Shown piece by piece: positions 10,274 through 20,241 of a DNA stretch of 20,241 nucleotides. Source of the DNA: Ginkgo biloba (Eukaryota > Plantae > Ginkgophyta); NCBI GenBank assembly GCA_024626585.2, contig JANKJI020000002.1, positions 213,497,778 to 213,518,018 of the forward strand, written 5' to 3'. The notes beneath the pieces are model-generated. The model saw only the letters and a program-made list of their open reading frames with translations. It had not been told where the DNA came from and searched no databases. The first letter of the stretch is position 1. Every line of letters starts with the position of its first letter. The translations under genes were made by a program, and so were the position numbers.

Positions 10274-10810
10274 ACAATTGTAGGCGAAGCTAGTCTGTTT
10301 CTGTAGTGTCATAAAGATTGACCCAAACTTAACAGTCTGGGGAACCCATCCTTGGCAGATACGGGTAAAGGTCCAGTTGATCTTTGTACAATTTGATCTG
10401 TTAAAGTGGATTTAACACACCTTTGACATGCTTAACCCAATGNNNNNNNNNNNNNNNNNNNNNNNNNNNNNNNNNNNNNNNNNNNNNNNNNNNNNNNNNN
10501 NNNNNNNNNNNNNNNNNNNNNNNNNNNNNNNNNNNNNNNNNNNNNNNNNNNNNNNNNNNNAACACTGCTCTGACCACTTTAATGTAGGTAAAACAATATG
10601 CGTTTATCACCCAAAATCGCTTATATGGGAGCATTTAGTCATGTTTTGAATTCGAGTCTCTAATATGTTTTTAATAATTGCAAATATGTTTTCACTCAAT
10701 AGAAATCATTACATATATACAATTATGCAAAACACCAAAACATAGCCCCAATCGTATTCATTTTGTNNNNNNNNNNNNNNNNNNNNNNNNNNNNNNNNNN
10801 NNNNNNNNNN

Positions 10811-13670
10811 ATCTGTGGTGGCATCAAGTGAAACTGATGCATAAAACCACAAAGAATCAAATCATAGGGACCTTTGGCAAAGGAGGATGGGGCATCATTA
10901 TTGTAATTATCCTTCCTTATAAACTAGAAGGCATGTGTGAAGCTCTAGATCCACGGGGTCCCCCCACCCATCATTATTTTGCTGCTGCTGATATGGAGAA
11001 GTCCCTAAACCATCACTGGCAGCAGATATTGGAAAAGAGAGTCAGGGAACCTTATCATTTCTGGGTGGAGGAAGATCTAATGTGTGGTGGGCCCCTGCTA
11101 CCACTTATTGGCACTGGCTTGCTCTTGCTGTTGACCTGTTCCTGGTTCTCTGCAAATATCCTCTCATGGCTGTCTCTTTAAAGTTTATCCTATATTGGGT
11201 CACCCTACCGACTGTATGTGAGGCGTACCTTGGAGCTGGCTCCATTAAACACAAAAGCTTCACCTGAACCTTTCATGGTTGACCTTGAATCTTCATGGCA
11301 CAACATTCCTAGTAAACATCTTAACTTAATCTCAAATACATCTATAGCCCAAGAACACCAGAAAAATAGGCATTTGATGGTTTCATCTTTTGTGGAAAGG
11401 GAGCATTTAGCAAGGAGAAGGCTCATTATTTGGTACCGAATCTGTGATGAAGTTTTGACCAGGCAAAAAAGGTTTTCTCAGGTTTGTGGGCTTTTTAGAA
11501 CAAAGACTGAGCTGCTCGTGTCTAAAGGCTCACATTTGACATTCCTCCATTAGACAAAGAAGTGATTAAATGTTGATCAAAGATGTCTTGACAATGACTT
11601 GCCTCGCCTTGACATGGTTTGTGGCAAACCAAAAGGTACCTTAATTAGGAAGTGCGGCCCTAGCAAGCCTTAAACCCTAGAACTTGATTAGTTGAACAAG
11701 AGCTCATTCGGTCAACCTTCTTTTGAGAGTTCAGGTAAGAAAAGTCCACGAAGGCTTTCATGTGGAACTAGGCTTCTCTTTTGTTGGTAATTCATCTCAT
11801 TATGAGGCCCCCCATTTTGTCTCTAGGAGATTCAACCATTTTAGAATACCCTACAAGAATCCATGAGGTAAGGGGCAAGTTCTTGGCTGTGCACTTCAAG
11901 AAGTCATCTCTTTCCAGGGTCAATTGGAGGCGTACACATTTGCTATTCTTAACAAAGTATTGTCAATTGTAAGAATAATTCATTGGTAGGGTCACATCCT
12001 CATGTGAGTGGACGCCCCTCCTACCTTTTTCGTATTGAGAAGAAAATGTTAAAGCCTCAGGCCATACCATACCTTTTGCAACAGGATGGAGGTTTTATGT
12101 TCAAACCAAGAACTTTGACTTCTTGTAAACATACCATTCCTCATTCTTGTGACAATTTGTTTTGCAGGAGTCAATGGGGCCTCTAATGTTCTAATTGATG
12201 GTGGTAATCCTCAGAAACAATTAAATTTTCATGTACCATTTCATTTGACTAATCATCTTCATCCTCTCATGGGATTAGAAAGTATTAGTTCTCGATTGTG
12301 ATGGAATTTTGTCTTTCAATTTTTTCATGTTTTTGGAAAGTTGTTTTTTGTATCATCAAATGGGAAAAATTGCATTTAGTGTTAATGAAAAGAGCCAAGA
12401 AGATTCATGACAATGAATTCTCTTCTAGATGGGGGGATAGCAAATCAACATTACCTACTACCCATAAGGCTATAGGCATGGTTGTCACATAGGCCAAGCT
12501 AAAGTTTGAAAGCAAATACAAATACTGAGACTATCCTAAAGCCCAAAGAGAAACTGCACTCAACTAAATTGTGTGCATTGGGGTAGACCACCCATGCTTG
12601 TAGTGCATTATCAACCTCCTCCTCCTTGTAACATGTGGAGGCAAGGTATTCCTCCTAGGTTTAAAACCTTGAATATGTACCTTAGGAGCTAGAGAAAATG
12701 CAATGATCATGTTGGTTGAATAATATGGCATGAGCTCGCATGTTGTTAGCCAAAAAGTATGACAAAAGGAACCAAAGGTCAAACCCTTGTTAGAAGATCT
12801 TTTCACATGCTAGATACAGGTTTGAACAAGCTTTTTTAACATGGAAGTGATATAGCTCAAGCCCTTTAAAGTGGTGGGTGGCCATTATGCACCAACTTGA
12901 AGCTCTTCAATTATTGTGGAAAATCAAAACTCTCGAAGGAAGAGCCATTTCAAGTCCAACAAAGTTTGCATCCACTTGACTTACTAAGGTTGACACCTAA
13001 AGTGTCTCTTGAGGCTCACTCATGAAATGCAAAATGAGGAATCACAACCAAAACCATTGAGTGAATTATAGCCATGATATGGGTTGAGAAAAAGGCTTTA
13101 TACATTAGAAGGCGCACAAGTTGTTTTTATCTTCATTAACCATGGGTTGAATCTGCCCTCAACCTAGGTTTGAACATCTGGGTAACATAGAGGACAAGGG
13201 GCCTTCATCAAATTGATAAAATTGATCNNNNNNNNNNAAACCCTAGTTGCCACCACACTTGAAGTTATTCTGAACATAGGTCTAAATGGCATCGGAGTAA
13301 AGCATAAGACAAGTAAACTTGATCAAATTGATGGAGCCAGGCATGGGTAAACGTCTTTGTTTCCACTATGCTTGGGACCACATACTTTTAATATTCAAAG
13401 TACAAACATGTCATACATTAACGTAATAATAGAAATTTGAGAACGAAAAACTAACCTCACCTTTGTAATGTGAACCAAAAGGCTTGCACCACCCGTAGCT
13501 AAAGATTCCCTACCATTTTGTCAGTTTATTCTCACAATTATTGTCCTGAGGGCACTAAATGGTACCCAACCATCCATCTATCCTTTCCATGGAGGTGACC
13601 ATAAATATCCTTGTAATTTGTGAGCCTCTCCCCTCCTCTGATGAGTAGATTGCTCCATGTTGGGGTTAGA
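10811..13670 (-). mobile_element. Probable highly degenerate L1-type LINE ORF2 remnant; boundaries uncertain
   Basis: 11334-11405 (-) reads CSLSTKDETIKCLFFWCSWAIDVF, resembling the L1 C-terminal zf-RVT motif C..C...ET..HLFF.C..A..VW. Weaker motifs lie upstream in the expected order: GVNLSKS (12977-12997), SNKGLTFGS (~12790), GGGG (~12620). No intact YADD/FADD seen. Confidence 0.45.
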
Positions 13671-14848
13671 NNNNNNNNNNNNNNNNNNNNNNNNNNNNNN
13701 NNNNNNNNNNNNNNNNNNNNNNNNNNNNNNNNNNNNNNNNNNNNNNNNNNNNNNNNNNNNNNNNNNNNNNNNNNNNNNNNNNNNNNNNNNNNNNNNNNNN
13801 NNNNNNNNNNNNNNNNNNNNNNNNNNNNNNNNNNNNNNNNNNNNNNNNNNNNNNNNNNNNNNNNNNNNNNNNNNNNNNNNNNNNNNNNNNNNNNNNNNNN
13901 NNNNNNNNNNNNNNNNNNNNNNNNNNNNNNNNNNNNNNNNNNNNNNNNNNNNNNNNNNNNNNNNNNNNNNNNNNNNNNNNNNNNNNNNNNNNNNNNNNNN
14001 NNNNNNNNNNNNNNNNNNNNNNNNNNNNNNNNNNNNNNNNNNNNNNNNNNNNNNNNNNNNNNNNNNNNNNNNNNNNNNNNNNNNNNNNNNNNNNNNNNNN
14101 NNNNNNNNNNNNNNNNNNNNNNNNNNNNNNNNNNNNNNNNNNNNNNNNNNNNNNNNNNNNNNNNNNNNNNNNNNNNNNNNNNNNNNNNNNNNNNNNNNNN
14201 NNNNNNNNNNNNNNNNNNNNNNNNNNNNNNNCTTTAAGTATTGTTTAATTGTGAGAAATTTAATTAATATAGAGGTATTCAAGTTATCCCCTTCATTTAT
14301 CCTTACAAGTTATAGGGATTCTATAATTGATGTAGGGGTATACATTGAATAGTACAATGAATTGATAATGGTAATTTTTTTTGTAGTTTATAGTTGCCCT
14401 ACAACTCGAAGGTCACCTCGACTCCTAAAGTTGAATAAGCAGTTCTATGAGGTTGAAGAGGGTTGCGATGGTTGAAAAACACTAACTAGGGCTCTCTAAG
14501 TTGTAAAAGGCTAAAATAGTTAAAGATAAATGCCACAAAAGTCTAGAATAGCTAAAGAGAACCTTGGAACAATCTGGATAGTGCAAGATAACACAAAAGA
14601 AGCAATGAACCTAGCTTGCAAGATTTTGTTTAGTTTTAAGTGTTTTAAGAGGCTAATACATTGTAGTTTGAGTTTTTAGTTGGTCAATTAGTCTTTTTGA
14701 TGGAAGAAATATAGTTGTTAGTTTGTTTTCAACATAAGTAACAATCCAACCAATCAGTTACTGGTTATCGAATGGTTGTTTACAATTATTATGTATTTGG
14801 TCGAGTATTGATGTAGGTTTGGGTAATCAGGGATGATGGATGTGATAG

Positions 14849-14860
14849 TGGTATTAAAGC
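14849..14860 (+). promoter_or_regulatory. Degenerate tRNA-iMet primer-binding site
   Basis: TGGTATTAAAGC versus TGGTATCAGAGC (two transition differences), after TGTGATA (probably a decayed TGTGACA LTR end). Confidence 0.55.
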
Positions 14861-15260
14861 AAAGTCTTGGTTCACATTATTCTATGAAGATGTTAAGTAC
14901 ATTAGACTTACAACAATATGATTTTTTTTTTTGAAAAGTAGAGGCAAAACTATCACAGTTGAAGATGAATTTGTCTTAATTGAAAGGAGGTAGTAAGAGA
15001 CTCTGATTTAAAACACATGTAAGAAAGAAAAGGAATAAGAAGGCCTACTTGAAAATGCATGGGAAGTTATTTTTGTGAAAGCGGAAGAGGCAAGTGAAAA
15101 GTGTAGTGTNNNNNNNNNNNNNNNNNNNNNAGAAGTAGAGTTGGTAATTCAAGATAGTTGAGTCTTAAGCAACCATTGATAAGAAGTTTTTAGAGAACAA
15201 GCTATTGTGAATGTTGAAGATGCTCTAGTTTCACCTTAGAAAAATGAGAACAAAAAAAAA

Positions 15261-15700
15261 AATGGAGTTGAAGACAGACCCAATGTGAAGTGGTAGAACC
15301 ACAAAAGAGGGGTAAAATGGTGCTAAAAAATTGTAGTTGCTACATGATAAAAGAGAAGCATTAAGGCAATATGATAAATTTAATGCAAATAGGTTTAATG
15401 TAAGTCTATAATTCCATCAAAGGTTTAAATAAAAATCTCAAATTGATGGTAGGTTGTGTTAATTTAAGATTCTCTTGTTCTATTGTAAAGGAATGCGACC
15501 CCCAGAAAATGGAGAGTTCAAAGTCCAACTTATCGTGGAGTGAAAGAATCATGGAAATGGGGTGTTAAAGTGGTCGTTAAAAGTTATTGTCTCAACATGA
15601 AAAAGAGAAACATTAGGGCAACGGATAGAATTAAGGCAAATAGGTTCAATGTAGGTCCATCATTTCATCATATATTTGAATAGAAATCTCAACTAGATGG
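15261..15700. repeat. Diverged ~250-bp tandem duplication
   Basis: 15261-15449 and 15508-15700 share colinear blocks: AATGGAG, ACATGA(T)AAAAGAGAA.CATTA.GGCAA, GCAAATAGGTT.AATGTA.GTC, AAATCTCAA.T.GATGG. Confidence 0.8.
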
Positions 15701-16950
15701 CTAAACATTGACAAAAGCATATTGCTAATCAAGACCTTTAGAACCATTGGTTAGAAGTCTACTTCGTGTTAAGAAACGAGCTTACAANNNNNNNNNNNTA
15801 AGGAAGCTATGGAAGCTCTAATTAAGACGTTGACAAGATTGTTGTGGGCCCCACAAGTTCGTTGAGGTAATTGCTAATCCTATAGATGATATTCTAAGGC
15901 ATTGACACAATAAGAGTAGCATGGAAATTGAGGTAGACGTAGAGAAGAGGTATCCAAGGGGCTTGTCAAAGTTGGTAGAGATTATAAATAGTGCAGGGAG
16001 ACTTCATTTCATGAAGATGGCAAGGGGGCATGTAAGTAGGGTAGAGAGAACTTATTTAATCATCATTCTTTAGTCCTATACTCTTATCTCCTGCAAGTAT
16101 TATTTTNNNNNNNNNNNNNNNNNNNNNNNNNNNNNNNNNNNNNNNNNNNNNNNNNNNNNNNNNNNNNNNNNNNNNNNNNNNNNNNNNNNNNNNNNNNNNN
16201 NNNNNNNNNNNNNNNNNNNNNNNNNNNNNNNNNNNNNNNNNNNNNNNNNNNNNNNNNNNNNNNNNNNNNNNNNNNNNNNNNNNNNNNNNNNNNNNNNNNN
16301 NNNNNNNNNNNNNNNNNNNNNNNNNNNNNNNNNNNNNNNNNNNNNNNNNNNNNNNNNNNNNNNNNNNNNNNNNNNNNNNNNNNNNNNNNNNNNNNNNNNN
16401 NNNNNNNNNNNNNNNNNNNNNNNNNNNNNNNNNNNNNNNNNNNNNNNNNNNNNNNNNNNNNNNNNNNNNNNNNNNNNNNNNNNNNNNNNNNNNNNNNNNN
16501 NNNNNNNNNNNNNNNNNNNNNNNNNNNNNNNNNNNNNNNNNNNNNNNNNNNNNNNNNNNNNNNNNNNNNNNNNNNNNNNNNNNNNNNNNNNNNNNNNNNN
16601 NNNNNNNNNNNNNNNNNNNNNNNNNNNNNNNNNNNNNNNNNNNNNNNNNNNNNNNNNNNNNNNNNNNNNNNNNNNNNNNNNNNNNNNNNNNNNNNNNNNN
16701 NNNNNNNNNNNNNNNNNNNNNNNNNNNNNNNNNNNNNNNNNNNNNNNNNNNNNNNNNNNNNNNNNNNNNNNNNNNNNNNNNNNNNNNNNNNNNNNNNNNN
16801 NNNNNNNNNNNNTTGAAGAAGCCTTGACTATCTCCACATGAAGTTGTTAAAGGGCTTGACCCAATTTAGTAAGCTTTTGTTTAGTTTCTAGTGGTTTTGG
16901 AGGTCACTACGTTGTTGCTTGTGTTACTAGTTGATTGGGTAGTCTATGCC

Positions 16951-17094
16951 ATTTAAGCAATGAAGTTATGATATGTTTTTAACATTGTTAGGTCTCATGA
17001 ATTTTCAAGGTGTTTAGCAACCATTAGCCCTCGTGATTTAAGTGATAAAGCAATTGATATGCTTTTAGCATTATTAGGTCTCATGAATTTTCAA
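16951..17094. repeat. ~58-bp imperfect direct repeat, period ~85 bp
   Basis: ATTTAAG...TGATATG.TTTTA.CATT.TTAGGTCTCATGAATTTTCAA at 16951-17008 and 17036-17094. Confidence 0.9.
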
Positions 17095-18006
17095 CATAAT
17101 ACTTAGTGACCATAAATTAATGTAAGTCTATCGTGGTGGTTGAATGGTTGTTTGTAGTGATTGCATTGGGGATTGATGCCTTTGTGTTATGTAGTGGTGA
17201 CCTAATAAATCTTCAAGTATAATGAGGTAAAGGAAATCAAATGAAATCATGAGGATTGTAAGATGAAAGAGGTTATGTGGCTACAAATCACACCTTGATA
17301 TGTTGGTGGACTACTCTTTTCTTTTTCCAAAATTTTCTCGTCAATTATTACGTGTGTTTACTGATTTGTGGTCACAGTAAAGTTTGCATCATTAGTTAAT
17401 TGATTGACCACCCTAGAGAGATTGGAATGACAATTTTGCTACTTTTACCAATAGAGTTGTATTCTGAGGTCTATAGAGAGGTCAACGTTGGAAGTTGTAC
17501 GATGATCGTTCATCGAAAAACATTCATGATGTAGTCATAGCAACATGTGATAGAGAAGAAGGCGAATAAGAAGAAGAGACCATTGCATTACAATCGATAT
17601 AATTTATACAATCAATGATGTCTACCTTTTAGTGTACAAATAATGCCTTTTCATAGGCGATTTCAATTATCATACGCATTCTCTAAGTCTTAATTATGAT
17701 TGACTAACGAATTAGTCTATTACATTCTGTTATTACACAAGATTTACTCTCTCTGTATTAGGTCATTTCCTGTTAACTAGCCTTGCAAGTAATAATTGTA
17801 ATGCTTTTGTGATTAAGAATTGTTGTTNNNNNNNNNNNNNNNNNNNNNNNNNNNNNNNNNNNNNNNNNNNNNNNNNNNNNNNNNNNNNNNNNNNNNNNNN
17901 NNNNNNNNNNNNNNNNNNNNNNNNNNNATTAACTCTAACTACAATTTGTTCTAACTGATTTGTTGATTGTTATGTATTATGATAGAGTTTACTTCATTTG
18001 GTCATT

Positions 18007-19257
18007 TCATCTTACTATTGTTGTGATGGAAAACTGAGTTATTGCTGCGATTGATAATTGGACCACTGAGATGACTAATAATGTCAAATTGTTGCCACTA
18101 ATAACTAGATTTGTTGAAGACGGCCTATAGCTAGAATTTGGAAGTGCCTGATATCTAGGTTCTAGAGCGATTGGAATTTGCAATGTATGGGCTAAATCTC
18201 TGGCATACATCTCGCCGACCATAAGTCTTTGAATGTCCTTGTTCAATCAATTTTTCCAAAAGTTGTCTTTGACAAGTTGCTGCCTAATAATTTTTAACTT
18301 ATTTCATATTCTTCAATGGGCTGGGAAACATTAGTGGAAGTGGAATGTTGTGCTATTGTAACAACCGGATCAACTTTGCGTTAGCTTTTTCCAATTGACG
18401 TGTCTCTATTTTATGCTTGTTTGTTACTTGCGTTAATTGCCTTTTTATTGTAGCTAATTGCTTCTTTGATTCATTTAAAACTAGAATTAATCCTTATAAT
18501 TTTTTAAATGTTTCTTTGGCCTCTTTTTGTGTTGCAATAGCCACACTGATTGCTTTTGCTTGTTGCAATTTTGCATTGAATAACTAATTTCTTTCTCTAT
18601 TACATTTCAAAATCCAAGCATCCAATTTTGGTATAATCTACTTCAAACCCAATGGAATTTTTTTTTTTGAAGCTCAACATAAATTGCTAGTAGATGTCGG
18701 ATTCTAGAGTCATGTTTGCGAAACATACATTTAAGAAGTCTTCAATAAATTTCAATCTCAACTTGGCCTTTAGGCTTGCTTCCTTGCAAGCACTGTTTTA
18801 TGTCTCACACTTGAGTCGGATCTTTTGCTTTTTCTACTAAATCTCCAACTAGAATTTGAATAACATTGGCTGTGAAAGTGGGCTTCTAGGTCTCGTGATT
18901 TTGCAATTCACACTTGCTCTTGTCCAATCCCTCCTAGGATACCTTGATATGTTCATCCCAATAAAGTTTGATGTGTACGTCTAGTATAGACTCTACGTAA
19001 CTCAATTGTGGAATGATTTATTTTGATGGATTGGCTTGGTGATTGGCGATGGTCCCAAAGGAAACCTAGACACTTTCGTCACAGGTTTTGGGCATGTTGG
19101 GGTTCACCTCTTCCATGGGCAGTACTTCATGAGTAGATGCATCTAGCACCTCTTCCTTTATTGATGATTTTTCTTGTTATTTTCTTCTTTCTTCACCTTC
19201 TTCCTATGGAGCCATATCCTAGCTAGTGACTTGGGCCTCTTGTTTGTCGCTTTCTTC
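18007..19257 (-). pseudogene. Decayed acidic/coiled-coil ORF, probably an extra 3' ORF of the adjacent Ty3/gypsy element
   Basis: Minus-strand reading with scattered TAG/TAA stops: EESDKQEAQVTS*DMAP*EEGEERRK*QEKSSIKEEVLD..., and later LFNAKLQQAKAISVAIATQKEAKETFKKL*GLILVLNESKKQLATIKRQLTQVTNKHKIETRQLEKANAKLIRLLQ (heptad-like). Same strand as, and downstream of, the integrase. Confidence 0.5.
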
Positions 19258-19731
19258 NNNNNNNNNNNNNNNNNNNNNNNNNNNNNNNNNNNNNNNNNNN
19301 NNNNNNNNNNNNNNNNNNNNNNNNNNNNNNNNNNNCTTCTCTCTTCTCATATTTCTTCATTAACCTCTATACAATTTTGCTAAATTCTTCCAACATATGG
19401 ATTACATCCATGTTTTGAACTATGCCTTTGGAATAGTGGTTGGACCAACCAACTAATCTTGGTAATTTTGGACTAGTATCAGAAATTGAAAGCTCCACAC
19501 TTGGGCATTGTGCAAATAAGAGATCGATTAAATTGTGGTCAAGAAGAATGAAGAGGTCCTAGGGGCCTCTTTGATGTGCTTAAGCAATGCAAACATTCTG
19601 AATTGGATAAAAGCACACTAGTTGTAACGAACACCTTCCTTGACTTGTCAAATAACAATATGTAGTTGTGTGGGGATATGTGTGCACTTTTGGTTTCCCA
19701 ACAACCTTGCCGCAATAAACTGCATGATCTT

Positions 19732-20241
19732 AGGTGGGCTGATAGGCTCGACAAAATCCAACCCCCATTTTTCAAAAGGGCATTGTGCAAGAATTGGATG
19801 GAGGGGACAATGGTGGGCTACTTGGATTTTCCCTACTCTTTTGCATACATCAAAGTTTTTAGCCCAATTTTATGCATCTTTAAACAAGGTTGACCATCGT
19901 AGTCCAACTAGGGCTATTTTGCATGTTGCTCCATTGCTTCCTAAATGTCAATTGACAACTCCTTCATTGGCCTCTTGTCTTACAAGCAATACCTCATCTT
20001 ATACCACACATCTTCATAATATTTGATCAAGTCCCAATTTATATAGTACACCATGAATTATTTGATACGACTTGGCTTTGCTAATTGAGTTGCTTCTTTC
20101 TATTCAATCTAAGCTATGGGGCATAATACTTATGGCTAAATTTTTTGCCATATCACTACACCAATCCCTTAATGGCAACTATTTGAAACAATGTTACATC
20201 AAGAAAATCATCTTGTACTCCTATGGCTTCCTCTACCATAT
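19732..20241 (-). mobile_element. Degenerate Ty3/gypsy (non-chromovirus) integrase N-terminus: Zn-binding region to first catalytic Asp
   Basis: AIGVQDDFLDVTLFQI..SYQIIHGVLYKLGLDQIL*RCVV*DEVLLVRQEANEGVVN*HLG..KIALVGLRWSTLFKDA*NWAKNFDVCKRVGK..PILAQCPFEKWGLDFVEPISPP, a decayed form of LYK.G.DQILRRCV..EAHEG..GGH..AGLWWPTLFKDA..CD.CQR.G..PFEKWGLDFVGPI. Confidence 0.9.

Larger units (their letters stand above)
14232..17285 (+). mobile_element. Old LTR retroelement with two diverged LTRs and a short (~1.2 kb) internal region; outer boundaries approximate
   Basis: 14620-14694 and 16871-16945 align without gaps at 55/75 identical positions (hand count). Further shared blocks are TTTTCAACATAA and GAATGGTTGTTT. 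LTR-end/PBS-like TGTGATAG-TGGTATTAAAGC at 14841-14860; PPT-like AAGGGGGCA-TGT at 16022-16033. Confidence 0.6.

Noticed and set aside
10338-10358. miR169 target-like site (CATCCTTGGC) downstream of the candidate stop codon
   Set aside because: Five mismatches to the miR169a complement as I recall it, including miRNA position 2, and no NF-YA domain is visible.
13638-13670. CTGATGAG hammerhead ribozyme core
   Set aside because: No stem II or GAAA before the gap.
13578-16837. The 200+ aa ORFs in the ORF track, and other X-containing ORFs
   Set aside because: Artefacts of reading through N gaps.

Overview
AT-rich, heavily gapped draft sequence from a large plant nuclear genome. The retroelement lineages suggest a gymnosperm, but that is inference. 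Most of the window is decayed retrotransposon DNA: a Tat/Ogre-type Ty3/gypsy integrase (1-1063, -), a Tat-type pol/RT remnant (4323-5455, +), the 3' end of a CRM-like chromovirus with chromodomain, PPT and LTR (6136-7589, -), a tRNA-iMet PBS (7816), a probable degenerate L1 LINE (~10811-13670, -), an old LTR element with a short internal region (~14232-17285), and a gypsy integrase N-terminus followed by a dead coiled-coil extra ORF (18007-20241, -). The exception is a CpG-retaining island at ~9380-10360. There, six short + strand exons with GT-AG introns splice into an open 78-aa ORF that I cannot assign to a family, and exon 2 can fold back over its own splice sites using a U1-like UACUUACC sequence. 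No rRNA, tRNA, CRISPR array or prokaryotic system is supported. Seven gaps of exactly 100 N mean neighbouring contigs may not be truly adjacent.
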